Shown one piece after another: positions 11,913-24,822 of a stretch of DNA of 64,000 nucleotides (its first letter is position 1; every line of letters begins with the position of its first letter). The stretch comes from Octopus bimaculoides (Eukaryota). The stretch is taken from assembly GCF_001194135.2 (NCBI RefSeq), contig NC_068982.1, forward strand, positions 8,751,821 to 8,815,820. The letters are read 5' to 3'. Position numbers and translations under genes: made by a program. The notes under the pieces were generated by a model. That model was not told where the DNA came from and ran no database searches. It saw only the letters and a program-made list of their open reading frames with translations.

Positions 11913-13976
11913 ATCTTAATATTTTGCCTTAGAACACTATACTCAAGTTTGCGATTTTGAACAGAAACACTCCGTAGTGCATATATAGTACAACACGCAT
12001 ATCATACGGTTTAGTCTCAAGCCTTAGACTCACCACTACACGAATCAAAGAAAAGGATTGCATGCATTAAGCATTGGCCAAAGAGCTAAAGGAGAAGATC
12101 TGAAACTCGAAATTTGAAACAAGACATTTATTGTTAGCTCGTCATTTATTCGTTTGTCTATAAGGAGAATGTTATCCTGAAATGTTATCTGTGACAGAAA
12201 AGATTCGTAAAGACGAGGCATTTTATCGATCTTTTAATTTACAACACAATATCGGGGTTGAATGCCAATTCTTTTTCTCTTGAGATGTATAGAAACATTA
12301 TATTAAAATTTCATTAGTTGATATACTTCTTTCATAGATGATAAACATATTGACAAAATGCAATCCGAAAACAATCTGTTAAATAGTGCTTAATAAGTAT
12401 TTCAATTGAACATCCATCTAAATGAAATATTATTCACACGTTTAGTAACTTAATTACTGAAATGTTCTTTTTTAAAAGAATTCTCAAAACCAACATCAAA
12501 AATGTACAATCTTGTACGTTTATTTACTGAGCCTTTCATCCATGTTCTGCAAATATTTGAAGGATAAGCCCCACCGATGAGAGCAGGATAAACCCACAAT
12601 CTATTCAATGATTTCTTTTCAATTTACAGAATATTTGAAATAATGTTAATCCTATATCGTTCTTCTTATCAACATAAAATGTTTATTTAGTTGGAGCTGT
12701 ATTGCTTGAGGTACCTTAATAGTAAATTATCGAATGAATAACGAATTATTTATACATCGATAACAATATGCGGTCTTCTTGATTCTCACACATGCACGGG
12801 CCCAAGCACACACAATACATGCTGACATATGTATGCACATATGTTTGTATGTATATCATATCTGTCGCTTTAATAGGATTATATCAATCATATACAGCAA
12901 TAAATTGAAATATGCAATAATACAATTAGATACAATTGAGATATCAATCTTATTTCATGTTCCTATCTAAAATTTGCAATTCATTCCAAAAGCAAGTACA
13001 GTATTTTACGTTCGCCTTCACAGTGCCGCTGCATTGCATATGCATATAAAACCCCCACAGCACATTTATTCACATATATTAAGTGAAGACAGGTACATGC
13101 ACACACAAACGAAAAGTGAAAAACAAAACGCTACTTCTCAACTTCACAATGAAATACATTTATCAACTTGTGCTTAAGAGGCCTACACAATATTTGTTTC
13201 TTTCTGGTTAATGTTCTAAATTTGTTTTCCTTCAATGGTTCAGAATGTTATTCTACATTTTTAGTAAACACTCGGAAAGAAATTTTTGCCTAACAAATAA
13301 GTGAATTATTTAAAGCTTTTTCAAGGTAACTGTTTCTTTTTCTTTCTGTTCCCTTTTAGACGCGTTTGTCATCATTTATACTTCAGTAACAAAATCGTAG
13401 AAAAGTTAAAATATTGGTTTCCAGGCAGTTATAGATAAAAACATAAAAATAAAATCATTTAAAATTCAGTTGATTAAACAAAACCAGCGACAACACGAAC
13501 TAAAAATTATTTGCAAATAAATATTCAGCTTTCGGTTGTGACAACATTGAACAAATGAATTCTGACACGAATTTGAATTCGATTTCATATTTTGCCTTTT
13601 ATATTCTTGTAACGGAATTCCTTTTTCAATCTTGGCATAGCGGAAGAGTTCTTGAGGGCAAAGACATACACCTTGAGGAAGAAACAGTTTCATTATAATA
13701 TAAAGTTAGATTTTAAATGTATTTAATTATCAGTTATACATTGTGACACTAATCATATAATTTGCTTTATGTTTCCTGCGCGGCATCGATATAGTGACAT
13801 ACATGATGAAACGATATTGTTCTGTGGGTTATAGTTAATTTTGTTTTGTTTAATGCATATTGGTGAAAAGATCCGAAACTTGTTCCTTCTTATTCTATGT
13901 GTTTGATAAAACAAAGAAAATTACTGGGTCGATTTTATTGTCTGGCATTGGTGTCTCTCGGGGTTTTCTGAGCAAT

Positions 13977-14059
13977 ATGACACCCGAAAGGAAACCACTT
14001 CTCGCTACTTCCCCATTATCGTCAGATGAGGATGTAAAACCACCGGCTACAATTCTCTT
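13977..14059 (+). CDS. Weak candidate host coding exon (MTPERKPLLATSPLSSDEDVKPPATIL)
   Basis: Non-repetitive, ATG start and GTGAGC donor at 14060. No recognised homology. Confidence 0.2.
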
Positions 14060-14189
14060 GTGAGCAACATTGAATCCCAGGAATTATTATAATAATAAAC
14101 ATTGACTATTATGTAATCGACTAGTCCCCCTTCTAGAAACGTCTGCACTTGTGCCTTTATTATAAAGGGTTATTATAATCATTTCAAAT

Positions 14190-14388
14190 TTTTGAAACAA
14201 GGACAGCTTGGTAGGGATGAGTCGATTACATCGTCCCCAATATTCAACTTGTACTTATTTTATCGACCGCGAAAGGAGGAAACATGAACTCGACATCGGC
14301 AGAATTTGAACTCAGGACGTAGTAACGGGCGAAATACCGCTAAGCATTTTGTCCAGAATCTAACGACTCTCTCAGTTCGCCGTCCTGG
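14190..14388 (-). mobile_element. SINE family B copy
   Basis: Reverse complement of family B (GGCAGAATTTGAACTCAGG...GGGCGAAATACCGCTAAGCATTT). Confidence 0.8.
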
Positions 14389-14644
14389 AATGGATAATTA
14401 TAATAGAAAGACATAATGATGATGGAACAATGCCACACAAACATTAAGCTATTTGATAAATAACGTGTCTGGCATCACGCTTGGTATATATCTACAGAGA
14501 ATATTGTGGTGGAATGCAGTTCTTAATATAGGCTGGAGTTCATAAATTTGTAAGACGTCAGCCTGTATAAACTTTGGAAAATGATGTATGTTTACAAATA
14601 AACACCTAGATGTTTATGCGCACTACAAATATAGACACTCATTT

Positions 14645-14791
14645 CTGGAGTAAGAACATAAATATAAAACAAGGTGGAAAAAATAGTACTCAAATACCAG
14701 AGGTAGATTAATATGCTCTATTTAAAAGCAGTAGAAATATCACAAAATCTGCTGCTCAGAGTTTCACCTTCCCGTTCGTCGGACAGTTTTG
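14645..14791 (-). mobile_element. Hairpin element with hammerhead-like apex (family 2), truncated on one side
   Basis: Minus strand CAAAACTGT-CCGACGA-ACGGGAAGGT-GAA-ACTCTGAGC-A-GCAGATTTTG, plus a 105-bp arm homologous to 21595-21703. Confidence 0.65.
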
Positions 14792-14807
14792 CTAGAATTT
14801 TAACAAG

Positions 14808-14897
14808 ACTGTGGTATCTTGAGCAAGTGTCTTCTGCTATAGACTCGAGCCGACCAAAACCTTGTGAGTGGAATTGGTAGACAGAAACTGAAAGATG
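14808..14897 (+). mobile_element. SINE family A, 5'/central half (continues at 15040-15250)
   Basis: CTTGAGCAAGTGTCTTCTGCTATAG...GGTAGACAGAAACTGAAAGATGCCC. Confidence 0.85.
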
Positions 14898-14905
14898 CCC
14901 CGCAC

Positions 14906-14955
14906 CGTCTCCGATGAAGGGATATATAAATTGTTCCGGAAACAGCTGTAAGACG
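14906..14955 (+). ncRNA. Minimal type I hammerhead-like fold (family 3)
   Basis: CGTCT-CCGATGA-A-GGGATA-loop-TGTTCC-G-GAA-ACAGCTGT-A-AGACG: perfect 5-bp stem I, palindromic stem III and a GUA triplet. There is one extra G before GAAA. Confidence 0.65.
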
Positions 14956-15039
14956 TCTTTATTAATGTGTTGAAATCTTTCACAGCCTCGGATTTTTATC
15001 TCATTCTCTTAATTATATATATATATATATACATACATA

Positions 15040-15250
15040 TACGTTTCTGTGTTTGCCCCCTCCCCCAACATCGCTTGGCAACCGATGCTGGTGTGTTTAC
15101 GTCCCCGTAACTTAGCGGTTTGGTAAAAGACCGATCGGATAAGTACTAGGCTTACAAAGAATAAGTCCTGGGGATCGATTCGTTCGGCTAAAGGTGGTGC
15201 TCCAGCATGGCTGCAGTCAAATGACTGAAACAAATGAAAGAGTAAAACAG
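15040..15250 (+). mobile_element. SINE family A, 3' half
   Basis: Matches the 3' half of the full copies. Confidence 0.9.
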
Positions 15251-15527
15251 TAAGGAATCACTGAAAAATATTTGAAGATTTTGAAGTGGAACCATAAAGT
15301 GAAGTTACTAGTTCAATATATTAGCGGTGGAGAGTGGAGAACCTAGCGGTTATTTATCTAACAGAAAAAAATATATCGAAATATATGTATACACGTGTGT
15401 GTGTGCGTGTGTGTATTTATATGTATGTGTTTGTATGTGTGTGTATTATTTANNNNNNNNNNNNNNNNNNNNNNNNNNNNNNNNNNNNNNNNNNNNNNNN
15501 NNNNNNNNNNNNNNNNNNNNNNNNNNN

Positions 15528-15561
<34 letters not shown>

Positions 15562-15621
15562 GTATATATATATATGATAACTAATTGCCATGCTTTGTAG
15601 AATGTTATATCTATGCATATA

Positions 15622-15829
15622 CAGTAATCGTTCGATTATCGCGTGTGGTACGTTCCAAAACCTCCCACAGAAGTAGCTAAAATCTAAATAAAATTTTTAA
15701 AATATAAATTTAGATCTGCAATGTACTGAGTGCGCGATAGTTGAACGTTGATGTACTGAGTCCGTGATAGGTGAACCTCGATGTACTGAGTCCGCGATAG
15801 GTGAACCGCGATATGGCGAGTGATTGCTG
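15622..15829 (+). mobile_element. pogo/Tigger-like MITE
   Basis: TA|CAGTAATCGTTCGATTATCGCG ... CGCGATATGGCGAGTGATTGCTG|TA terminal inverted repeats with TA flanks. Same family as 51374-51610 and 40029-40190. Confidence 0.75.
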
Positions 15830-16469
15830 TATCCTTAAATGTATTGGTTTCCGGCGTCGAGAATAAAAAGACTTAGTCTTATGTATATGTTCAACGTATA
15901 ACTAGTATTTGTGATATTTATAAAATCATTTCAATGGCAATTATAATCGCGTGGTTATTACGACTGCAGTTGCAATTCTTACGCACTTGTATGTTACGTT
16001 GTAAAACATTCTTTGCGTATTTCGATAAAGTTAGAAATTGGAGAATGACTTTAGCATGAAGTGATGAATAGATATGCGAGCGAAATTTTGTTTATATGCA
16101 CAGTAACAAGTTAATTCCCGACCGTGCAATCGAAAGAGGTTGACATATCTATTTTCCGTAGTACCTACAACAGATCAGTGTTAGTCATTTCTAATGATGA
16201 GTGAACAAATTTTCAGAACAATTTATTACTGTGAAGTTCATAAAATTTAATTGGAAGAGTATTATCAACCTAAGCAATGGTTTTCCGCTGGACATAGACT
16301 GCAAATAATTGCCTTCTGGCAGTAATAGACAAAGATGTAAGAGTCCGAAAATATCAGTGTAATCCAATTTTAGTGAATATGAAACCGACAACCGACTGAA
16401 GACGGTATAGCCATTTAATTTGAATTACTAATGTCCTAAGAAATGTCATTTTGTAATAGTCTATTTTCC

Positions 16470-16885
16470 GCAGGAGTGGCTCTGTGGTAAGTAGCTTGCT
16501 TCCCAACCACATGGTTCCGGGTTCAGTCCCACTCGTGGCAATTGAGCAAGTGTCTTCTACTATAGCCTAGGGACGACCAAAGCCTTGTGAGTCGATTTGG
16601 TAGACTGAAACTAAAAGAAGCCTGTCGTATATATGTATATATATATTTATATATGTATGTGTGTGTATATGTTTGTGTGTCTGTGTTTGTCCCCCAACAT
16701 CGTTTGACAACCGATGCTGGTGTGTTTACGTCCCCGTAAGCTAGCGGTTCGGCAAAAGAGAGACCGATAGAATAAATACTAGGCTTACAAAGAATAAATC
16801 CTGGGGTCGATTTGCTTGACTAAAAGGCGGTCCTCCAGCATGGCCACAGTTAAATGACTGAAACAAGTAAAACAGTAAAAGAGTA
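16470..16885 (+). mobile_element. SINE family A, full length (tRNA-derived, internal TA/TG microsatellite)
   Basis: GCAGGAGTGGCTCTGTGGTAAG A box, GGGTTCAGTCCC B box, central TTGAGCAAGTGTCTT, internal microsatellite and an AGTAAA-repeat tail. Confidence 0.92.
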
Positions 16886-17044
16886 ATATGTATATATATA
16901 TACACGCACACACACACACACATACACACACATATATATATGTATATATATATATATAGCACCCTCAGTCATATTAGTGACTAATATATACTTGCTGCCT
17001 TTCGATTGTAAATTGCAAATAGCTATCTTGATAATTTATATACA

Positions 17045-17145
17045 TGTCTGGCCTTCAGGCACTAACGTGCCACACAGTGGAACAGAATCCGGAATTTATT
17101 ACTAGATATCAAACTTCTTACCACGCACCTGCACCTGCGCCTATT
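17045..17145 (-). mobile_element. SINE family A, degenerate 5' fragment
   Basis: GTGCCACACAGTGGAACAGAATCCGGAA...TTACCACGCACCTGCACCTGCGCC is the reverse complement of the head. Confidence 0.65.
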
Positions 17146-19110
17146 AGAGGAAGACAATGATTGCATAAGTAATGGTCAATAGATTGTTGATAACCTTGCG
17201 TGCATTTAGATAAAGGTATTAGAAGCAACATGAAATGGGGCAAAATATTATAAATCGTTTACAAGGCAAACTTGTTGTAATACTTAATAAGGATGGACGT
17301 AGCTATTGTTATTTCGAACTATAGTCTCTAAAGACGGGGATGCTGTGCTTATCTGATAGTAATAGTGGGGAATGAGTCTACTGAGATTTATGAAAATAAG
17401 TAGATATTTTATTGAAATAAGTCCTTAGCATTTCTTGACGCAAAAGACAATATGAATTTGCTAGATATGCTTTCACCTTCAATATGATTTACAGTCATAA
17501 ATTGATGCGAATACACAAACTGTTTGCAGCTATGTGTATAGTCACACCCATATTATACATAGTCCCGCGCTCATTTTTAGTCATAGCAAATTCATTACAT
17601 GTTTATGCATGCTCAGTCACAAACATATACAGAATTATATGTTTTCCCACCTCCAATAACGGAGAGTAGTTGCCATATTTTACCACGCATGACAGCTCTT
17701 ACGAATATGCGGTCTTGCGTAACCGTGCCTTTATCTAACACAGGTTTAATACCCAAAGCGAAAGAGATTGGTAAGATTAGCCCCATATGGATATTTAATA
17801 CTGCACACTCTATTGAAAAATACGTATACGAATGCATGTTTCATTTTCATTTGGGAATTATGGCTTCTTAGATGATTAAGTGTGCATATATGTGTGTATA
17901 TTATGTATACATATATATANNNNNNNNNNNNNNNNNNNNNNNNNNNNNNNNNNNNNNNNNNNNNNNNNNNNNNNNNNNNNNNNNNNNNNNNNNNNNNNNN
18001 NNNNNNNNNNNNNNNNNNNNNNNNNNNNNNNNNNNNNNNNNNNNNNNNNNNNNNNNNNNNNNNNNNNNNNNNNNNNNNNNNNNNNNNNNNNNNNNNNNNN
18101 NNNNNNNNNNNNNNNNNNNNNNNNNNNNNNNNNNNNNNNNNNNNNNNNNNNNNNNNNNNNNNNNNNNNNNNNNNNNNNNNNNNNNNNNNNNNNNNNNNNN
18201 NNNNNNNNNNNNNNNNNNNNNNNNNNNNNNNNNNNNNNNNNNNNNNNNNNNNNNNNNNNNNNNNNNNNNNNNNNNNNNNNNNNNNNNNNNNNNNNNNNNN
18301 NNNNNNNNNNNNNNNNNNNNNNNNNNNNNNNNNNNNNNNNNNNNNNNNNNNNNNNNNNNNNNNNNNNNNNNNNNNNNNNNNNNNNNNNNNTATATATATA
18401 TATATATATATGGGGGAGGGAGAGCAAGAGAAATAGAGAGAAAGAAATAAACAAGCATATGGGAATAATTTAGAGAAAACTAATATGCAAATAAATTCGC
18501 TTCAAGGGCTGGTGAAAAAAATAGAAATGCTTATTCTATTAACTGCACACCAACCCGCAGTTAATGAGAAAAATCTTGTAACCAGTTTACTAAAATACAT
18601 ATTTTTCTGCGCTTGAAGTAACGCTCTTGAGAAAACAAGCAACTATGTCATGCTTTGGAATAAAAATTCGGAAGTACCAACCATAAGAGAATATATGTGT
18701 AAGACATACACAGAGGACACACACACACACACACGCACACACACACAAGTGGCTAAATTTGTGTGTATGTAAAAACAACAACACACCTTTAGATCGACAC
18801 AGAATGTTACTTGTAATGTTTATATTTCACAATATAAAACATTAAATACATTTTATTCCAAAAGTAAACATATGTTGCCCGGATTTTATCTATTCCATTC
18901 CTTAACTCTTGTATTTTTATTCGCATACCCGGCAACCCTGGCTTCCTACTGCGAAATATAAAATAATTTTTCTTCAGCTAATTATTCTTCGATACAGAAA
19001 AATTTCCCCAAAATTCCGCACCAATAAAATATTGTTGTACCTTAAAGTTGGTTTTTATATTTTCTACTGATTCCTCGAATCTCACTTTCCTCCTACACAT
19101 CGATCCTTAG

Positions 19111-19165
<55 letters not shown>

Positions 19166-19845
19166 ATATATATTGCCGACAAATGTTTCTGCTTTTAAAG
19201 AAGAAAAGGATTTTATTCTTTATATATATTATTGTTCACCATTTACGTGTTGATTAAAATCTATCNNNNNNNNNNNNNNNNNNNNNNNNNNNNNNNNNNN
19301 NNNNNNNNNNNNNNNNNNNNNNNNNNNNNNNNNNNNNNNNNNNNNNNNNNNNNNNNNNNNNNNNNNNNNNNNNNNNNNNNNNNNNNNNNNNNNNNNNNNN
19401 NNNNNNNNNNNNNNNNNNNATATATATATATATATAATTTTGTCTGGGGGTCAGTCTTACTGTTTTAATGCCTTGTAAATCAGCATACGCACTGGTTCAA
19501 TTTCCACTCATTTACTCATTCATTTTTTTTTCTATATTTTCGTTGCTTCTTGCAACCTCTTCAGTAGTCGTCGATTGACTCTCGCCTAGACACTATAAAA
19601 TATGCTTCAACACACGAATTCACATAAAGAATCTTGCAAACCAAATACAAATAACGAAATATATATATACACAGACGGTTCCACGTCATTACTCACCTGA
19701 AATACTGCAGATCAGCAATAATAGGTGACTTAATTCAAAATAGACTGGCATGCCAACAGTTCGAGGTTGTGTACAGGCCACGAAACGCCACCCGAATAAA
19801 ATGCGGAGGAACGACCGAGACAGATTTTATATTTTCATGTTGTAG

Positions 19846-20004
19846 TGTCCGTCAACACCGATCGCCACAGAAAAGTCATCTTCTATGTTTTCTGGAACGT
19901 CGTTGTACCGTGATCAGGGTGCGGTACATTTAGACAATGAAAATGTAGAAGGAAGAGATAGATCAAACGACAATTTCTTCCAACTTGACCTTTCTCGACC
20001 GTAA
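19846..20004 (+). CDS. Weak candidate terminal host exon (52 codons)
   Basis: Polypyrimidine tract plus TAG acceptor at 19843-19845; only one frame is open (CPSTPIATEK...FFQLDLSRP*); CpG-rich and non-repetitive. Confidence 0.25.
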   Translation, partial: CPSTPIATEKSSSMFSGTSLYRDQGAVHLDNENVEGRDRSNDNFFQLDLSRP

Positions 20005-20329
20005 AATAACAGTCCTCAGGAACAACGAATAGATAACACACGTGAGGTGAAATTAGCTCAGATAGAAGCGTATGGCAGTTCACACTTGAATCGTTTTAAG
20101 CGTATTTAAGAGATGCGTTCATCGATAGCGCAAACGTATTGCTTGAGATTGCGATTAAGTCGATAAATATGTTTGTGTGTAGAGAGAGTGTTACTTTACT
20201 AATGAAAGCAACTGACCGACCTGCGTCGATTGAGACATACTTCTATATTACTTACGGTAAAACTCGCGTATAAAGTGCATCTACATCGCGTCGAGGAAAT
20301 ATTGATTAAATTATTTATATTTTGCAAAA

Positions 20330-20544
20330 CTTCTAGATTATCCAATGGGGGTCTTAAAAGACATGTTAGGATCCACAATGAGCAGAACTTACTTGCAGGT
20401 ATTGGTAGTGCAAATCAGAGGTGCAATCTGTGTGGGTGTTTTTTCAAAACACTGTCTGGTTTAAAAAGCCACATCAGACGCCATGAAAGGTCTAAGGTGT
20501 AGGTGCAGGAGGTGGTCAAACTCTGTTTAAGGAGTAGACAACCA

Positions 20545-20548
<4 letters not shown>
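20330..20548 (+). mobile_element. 5'-truncated RTE-type LINE 3' end with C2H2-like fingers
   Basis: LSNGGLKRHVRIH and CNLCGCFFKTLSGLKSHIRRH, then a stop, a short 3' UTR and direct abutment to (TA)n. C-terminal zinc fingers with long linkers are typical of RTE-group ORFs; there is no TGEKP linker. Confidence 0.6.
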
Positions 20549-20601
<53 letters not shown>

Positions 20602-21133
20602 CATATATGCACACACACAAACGCACTCACACTCCTCACCACACATATACAATTCAACCATCTTATATGTATATGTTGTGCATGTATGATTTATGTGTAG
20701 TATGTTTGTTAGTGTATATCGTTAGCGTATGTGTATTCCTGTGTGCGTATGTTTCTGAGCGCTAGTACCTGTGACTATCTTAAAAAAAATCGATGAGTTG
20801 CAAGACAATTTAGCGTGTAAAAAGAAGAAAAAAGGCTATTAAACATTTCAGATTTACAAAACATATTTCTTGCACATATCGTCATATGACGTGTCTTCGT
20901 TGTGTAGTTTCCATAATTTCCTCTATAATTACGTAAAAATCGCGGCTTCGTGGGGAACCATAAATTATAACACCAACATACACATAATATCTAATCTATC
21001 TATCTATCTATCTATGCACACATATATATATACATATACACAAACACACACACACACACACGCACACACACACACACACACAACACACACACACATATAT
21101 ATGCATATATCTTACATATATATATTATTTACA

Positions 21134-21181
<48 letters not shown>

Positions 21182-21519
21182 TTCCGTTCAACGGAATACA
21201 CTGTCTGCAAGTCGATGGGTACCGCATATTCTCCTCCATTTTCTTATTGATATATCAATTTGGGGTAAAACAACCCCCCTTTTACCAACTCCCACTTATT
21301 ACACTTGGTATAACACTAGTGTAACAATAATTGGGTACACTCCGAGCAGTATATTGAATAGATACTACTACCCCTTAGTGTGTTGAATCCTCAACCCCTA
21401 ACTCTTTTGCATTATATATATACACACATATATATATATGTATGTGTGTGTGTGTGTGTCTGTGTGTGTTTGTGTGTGTGTGTGTGTGTGTGTATGATAG
21501 TAAATAATATGATATGTAA

Positions 21520-21703
21520 GTAATATACTTTATTAATAAAACTGCGAAGACATCACAAAACTGTTGCTCAGAGGTTCCCGTTCCCGTTCGTCTGACAGTT
21601 TTTGTGACGTCTTTGCGGGTTTATTAATAAAGCATATTGCTCTACCTCCGGTATTCGAGTATTATTTCCTCCACCTTATTTCAAATTTATCTGCTTTCTC
21701 TGG
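21520..21703 (-). mobile_element. Hairpin element with hammerhead-like apex (family 2)
   Basis: Inverted arms 21520-21564 and 21595-21640 enclose, on the minus strand, CAGACGA-ACGGGAACGG-GAA-CCTCTGAGC-A. The long arm continues to 21703. Confidence 0.65.
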
Positions 21704-21704
21704 T

Positions 21705-21765
<61 letters not shown>

Positions 21766-22387
21766 CTATTATACTATTATACTATGCGCCCCACCACTGC
21801 GCAAACATACACATTGTTGCTTTTTGTGTGATTGAATAGGTGTATGTATGTAAGTGTGTATCGGTTCACAAAATCATATTGTTTGGACTTTCCGCAACTG
21901 TCTTAGTATATATTGAATTTGCATTGTGAAGTCACTATTATATAACCCGCTTTTACGTAGGAAAACCATAAATATCTTTGTGGCAACAAAAATTTGATTA
22001 AGATATGCGTAACTCTTTGTCTGGGAAATGAATGTGATTGTTTGTAGTTATGGCTGTATACATGTTTTGTATAGGTCTATATATCTATAAATATCTATAA
22101 TTTTAGGTTAGTGTTCCTTGTTCTGATTTGAAAGCTGCAGGGCACCGTGCCAGACTTCCTATGAATATTCTTCCTTCTTATTTTACCAGAAAATGTAAAA
22201 CATTACCGTATTAAAGGAAAGCAATTGTGATAATCGATTGAATTTTCTCCATATAAGTAACATTACGTAGCGCTTTAAGTTTTGCGAAGTTACTTCAACC
22301 GAATTCATCTGTGTGTTCATGCCTAACTTATATACGTCATTCCCATGTTCTACAAGAGACACAAAAGTGTGCATTGCGTTTTATTTG

Positions 22388-22426
<39 letters not shown>

Positions 22427-22427
22427 T

Positions 22428-22557
22428 CAGTAGCGGCGAACTAATGGTGATTGATCGTTACTTATCATTGTCTATCATTCACCGATACACTACCGCATCA
22501 ATATACTTAACACTACAGGGAGTCTTTTTCTATATTGATCTTAGTTCGCCTTTACTG
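22428..22557. mobile_element. Small MITE-like element with 17-bp TIRs
   Basis: CAGTAGCGGCGAACTAA ... TTAGTTCGCCTTTACTG (15/17 inverted match). Confidence 0.45.
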
Positions 22558-24110
22558 GTAACAAGCAGACTTAGCAGATCCGTTCACCTGGTGTCATACT
22601 ATTATTTTAATGGTACTCCAATATTTTATTCTATTTTATTTTTCCCATACATTTACATTAAGTACACCATAACAGCTCTTATGTTGAGTTTCCGAAAAAT
22701 CCATTTGGCATGGGACGGACTGTGTGAATATTGTTAAGGGACAAGGAAACGCCCTCTATTATCTTTTATGCTAAAACATCGTCCTTCATAGAAGAATAAG
22801 TGAAATATGCAATACAAGTTGTTATTTCAATCATTTCCTTTTTCCCCCTCTCTCTTATCATTTTTTTGACATACGCTACAAGCCGATCGTGACGGCTGAG
22901 TGGTTTCCATTGTCTTTCAAGCCTATATCACTTTACCGGCGGAGTCCATAAGTAACTAAGGAATAGAATGAAGTTTAGCTCATTCCATTTATCTTTCGCT
23001 GAAAGAAATGTAGATGCCTTACCTCATTAGATACTATTTTGAATCCCTTAAAATAGTCAGCACTGAAATGTTTCGCTCATGTTCTGTACCATCAAAATAC
23101 GGTATGGTGTCGAATATGCAAAATTAATTTCTGTCTCCGATGCACATATTGGCAGATATACATTAATGGTTATTTCACTGAGACATGAATGTTTATTTTT
23201 CTCTCTCGAAGGGACTGTGATATAGAAGCAATTAGCGTAGATTGTTCATCTCCATGTAACAAAACGTTAGCCTGTATAATATAATGCCAGAAGTAGCTAG
23301 CTGTAATTTAAAAAAAAAAATCAATTATCGTCGTATCTTTCGCTCCGATCTGGTAGTTTACTGAAATTTAGCTTGCAATTCTAAACTAGTTTAACTGACA
23401 GTAGCTTGACGTGCAGAAATAGTAAATCAGTTTGTTATTTTAGATTTGTGTCTCTAGCCTTGCTTCTCTTTCCTTACACAATCTCATTCAATCGGCCCAC
23501 CACACCTCTCACTCTCTTATCAGGATCTTTATCAATATTCGTACCTTTTTTAATATTTCTCACTCTCCACATCTGCAAACAGATAACTATCAATATTAGG
23601 ACGAATAGGGTTTCTATATCCGTGGCAAACTGTTTACCTTTAGAAAGCAAGCGATCATAGTATATAAAAGTTATGATGAACAAGTATTCGGAAAAACCTT
23701 TGGTTTACGGAAAATTGTGTACCATGCTGTGTAGCTATCTACTGTCCCTTCCCTTACATAGCGCTTTAGTTTTGTAGCGTTCGATGTTATAAGCTATCCG
23801 AAAGAAGAGACAATGCACGATAAATATAGGCCGAGGGACACTGTCTTATATTTTAGCAAAAATCAACACGCATGTTCCACAAATTTTCACATTACCAAAT
23901 TTCACTTTGGTCGACATAGAGCTATTATCGAAAATATCAATAATCTATTGTCGAAAATGTCAATACCATTAATATCACATACATATTTTGCAAATGAGGT
24001 ATAAATTTGAGCTCAGAATGTAATATTGCATAATGCTCGACATCTAGTTTTGCATTCCTCCAATTATGCTATTCCGCCATGTTATTTTAAAATATTTTAT
24101 GAATATTATA

Positions 24111-24512
24111 GGCGCAGGAGTGGCTGTGTGGTAGGTAGCTTGCTTACCAACCACGTGGTTCCGGGTTCATTCCCACTGCGTGGTACCTTGGGCAAGTGTC
24201 TTCTACTATAGCTTCGGGCCGACCAAAGCCTTGTGAGTGGATTTGATAGACAGAAACTGAAAGAAGCTTGTCGTATATATGTTTATATGTATGTGTGTGT
24301 ATATGTTTGTGTGTTTGTGTTTGTCCCACCCAACATCGCTTGACAACTGATGCTGGTGTGTTTACGTCCCCGTAACTTAGCGGTTCGGCAAAAGAATAAG
24401 TACTAAGCTTACAAAAGAATAAGCTCTGAGGTCGATTTGCTCGACTAAAGGCGGTGCTGCAGCATGGCCGCAGTCAAATGACTGAAAGAAGTAAAAGAGT
24501 AAAGAGTAAGAG
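24111..24512 (+). mobile_element. SINE family A, full length
   Basis: High similarity to 16470-16885; central ACCTTGGGCAAGTGTCTT. Confidence 0.92.
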
Positions 24513-24721
24513 TATTAATGCTAAATATTATACAAAAAGGAAGCTACAAAATATTTTCTAAAATGTATATTATTTTATTACTCATACGTTGAAAAAAAAC
24601 ACCTCCCTGAAAACGTCGTTTACTTCTTTTATCAACATGTATTATCAGGGCATTTATTTCAAATAACTGTACTGCTAGATAACAAGGTGTTTACATCCCA
24701 TATATATACATGCATACATAA

Positions 24722-24822
<101 letters not shown>

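Noticed and set aside
16396-16415. CTGAAGA-CGGTATAGCC partial hammerhead
   Set aside because: No GAAA or stem I partner downstream.
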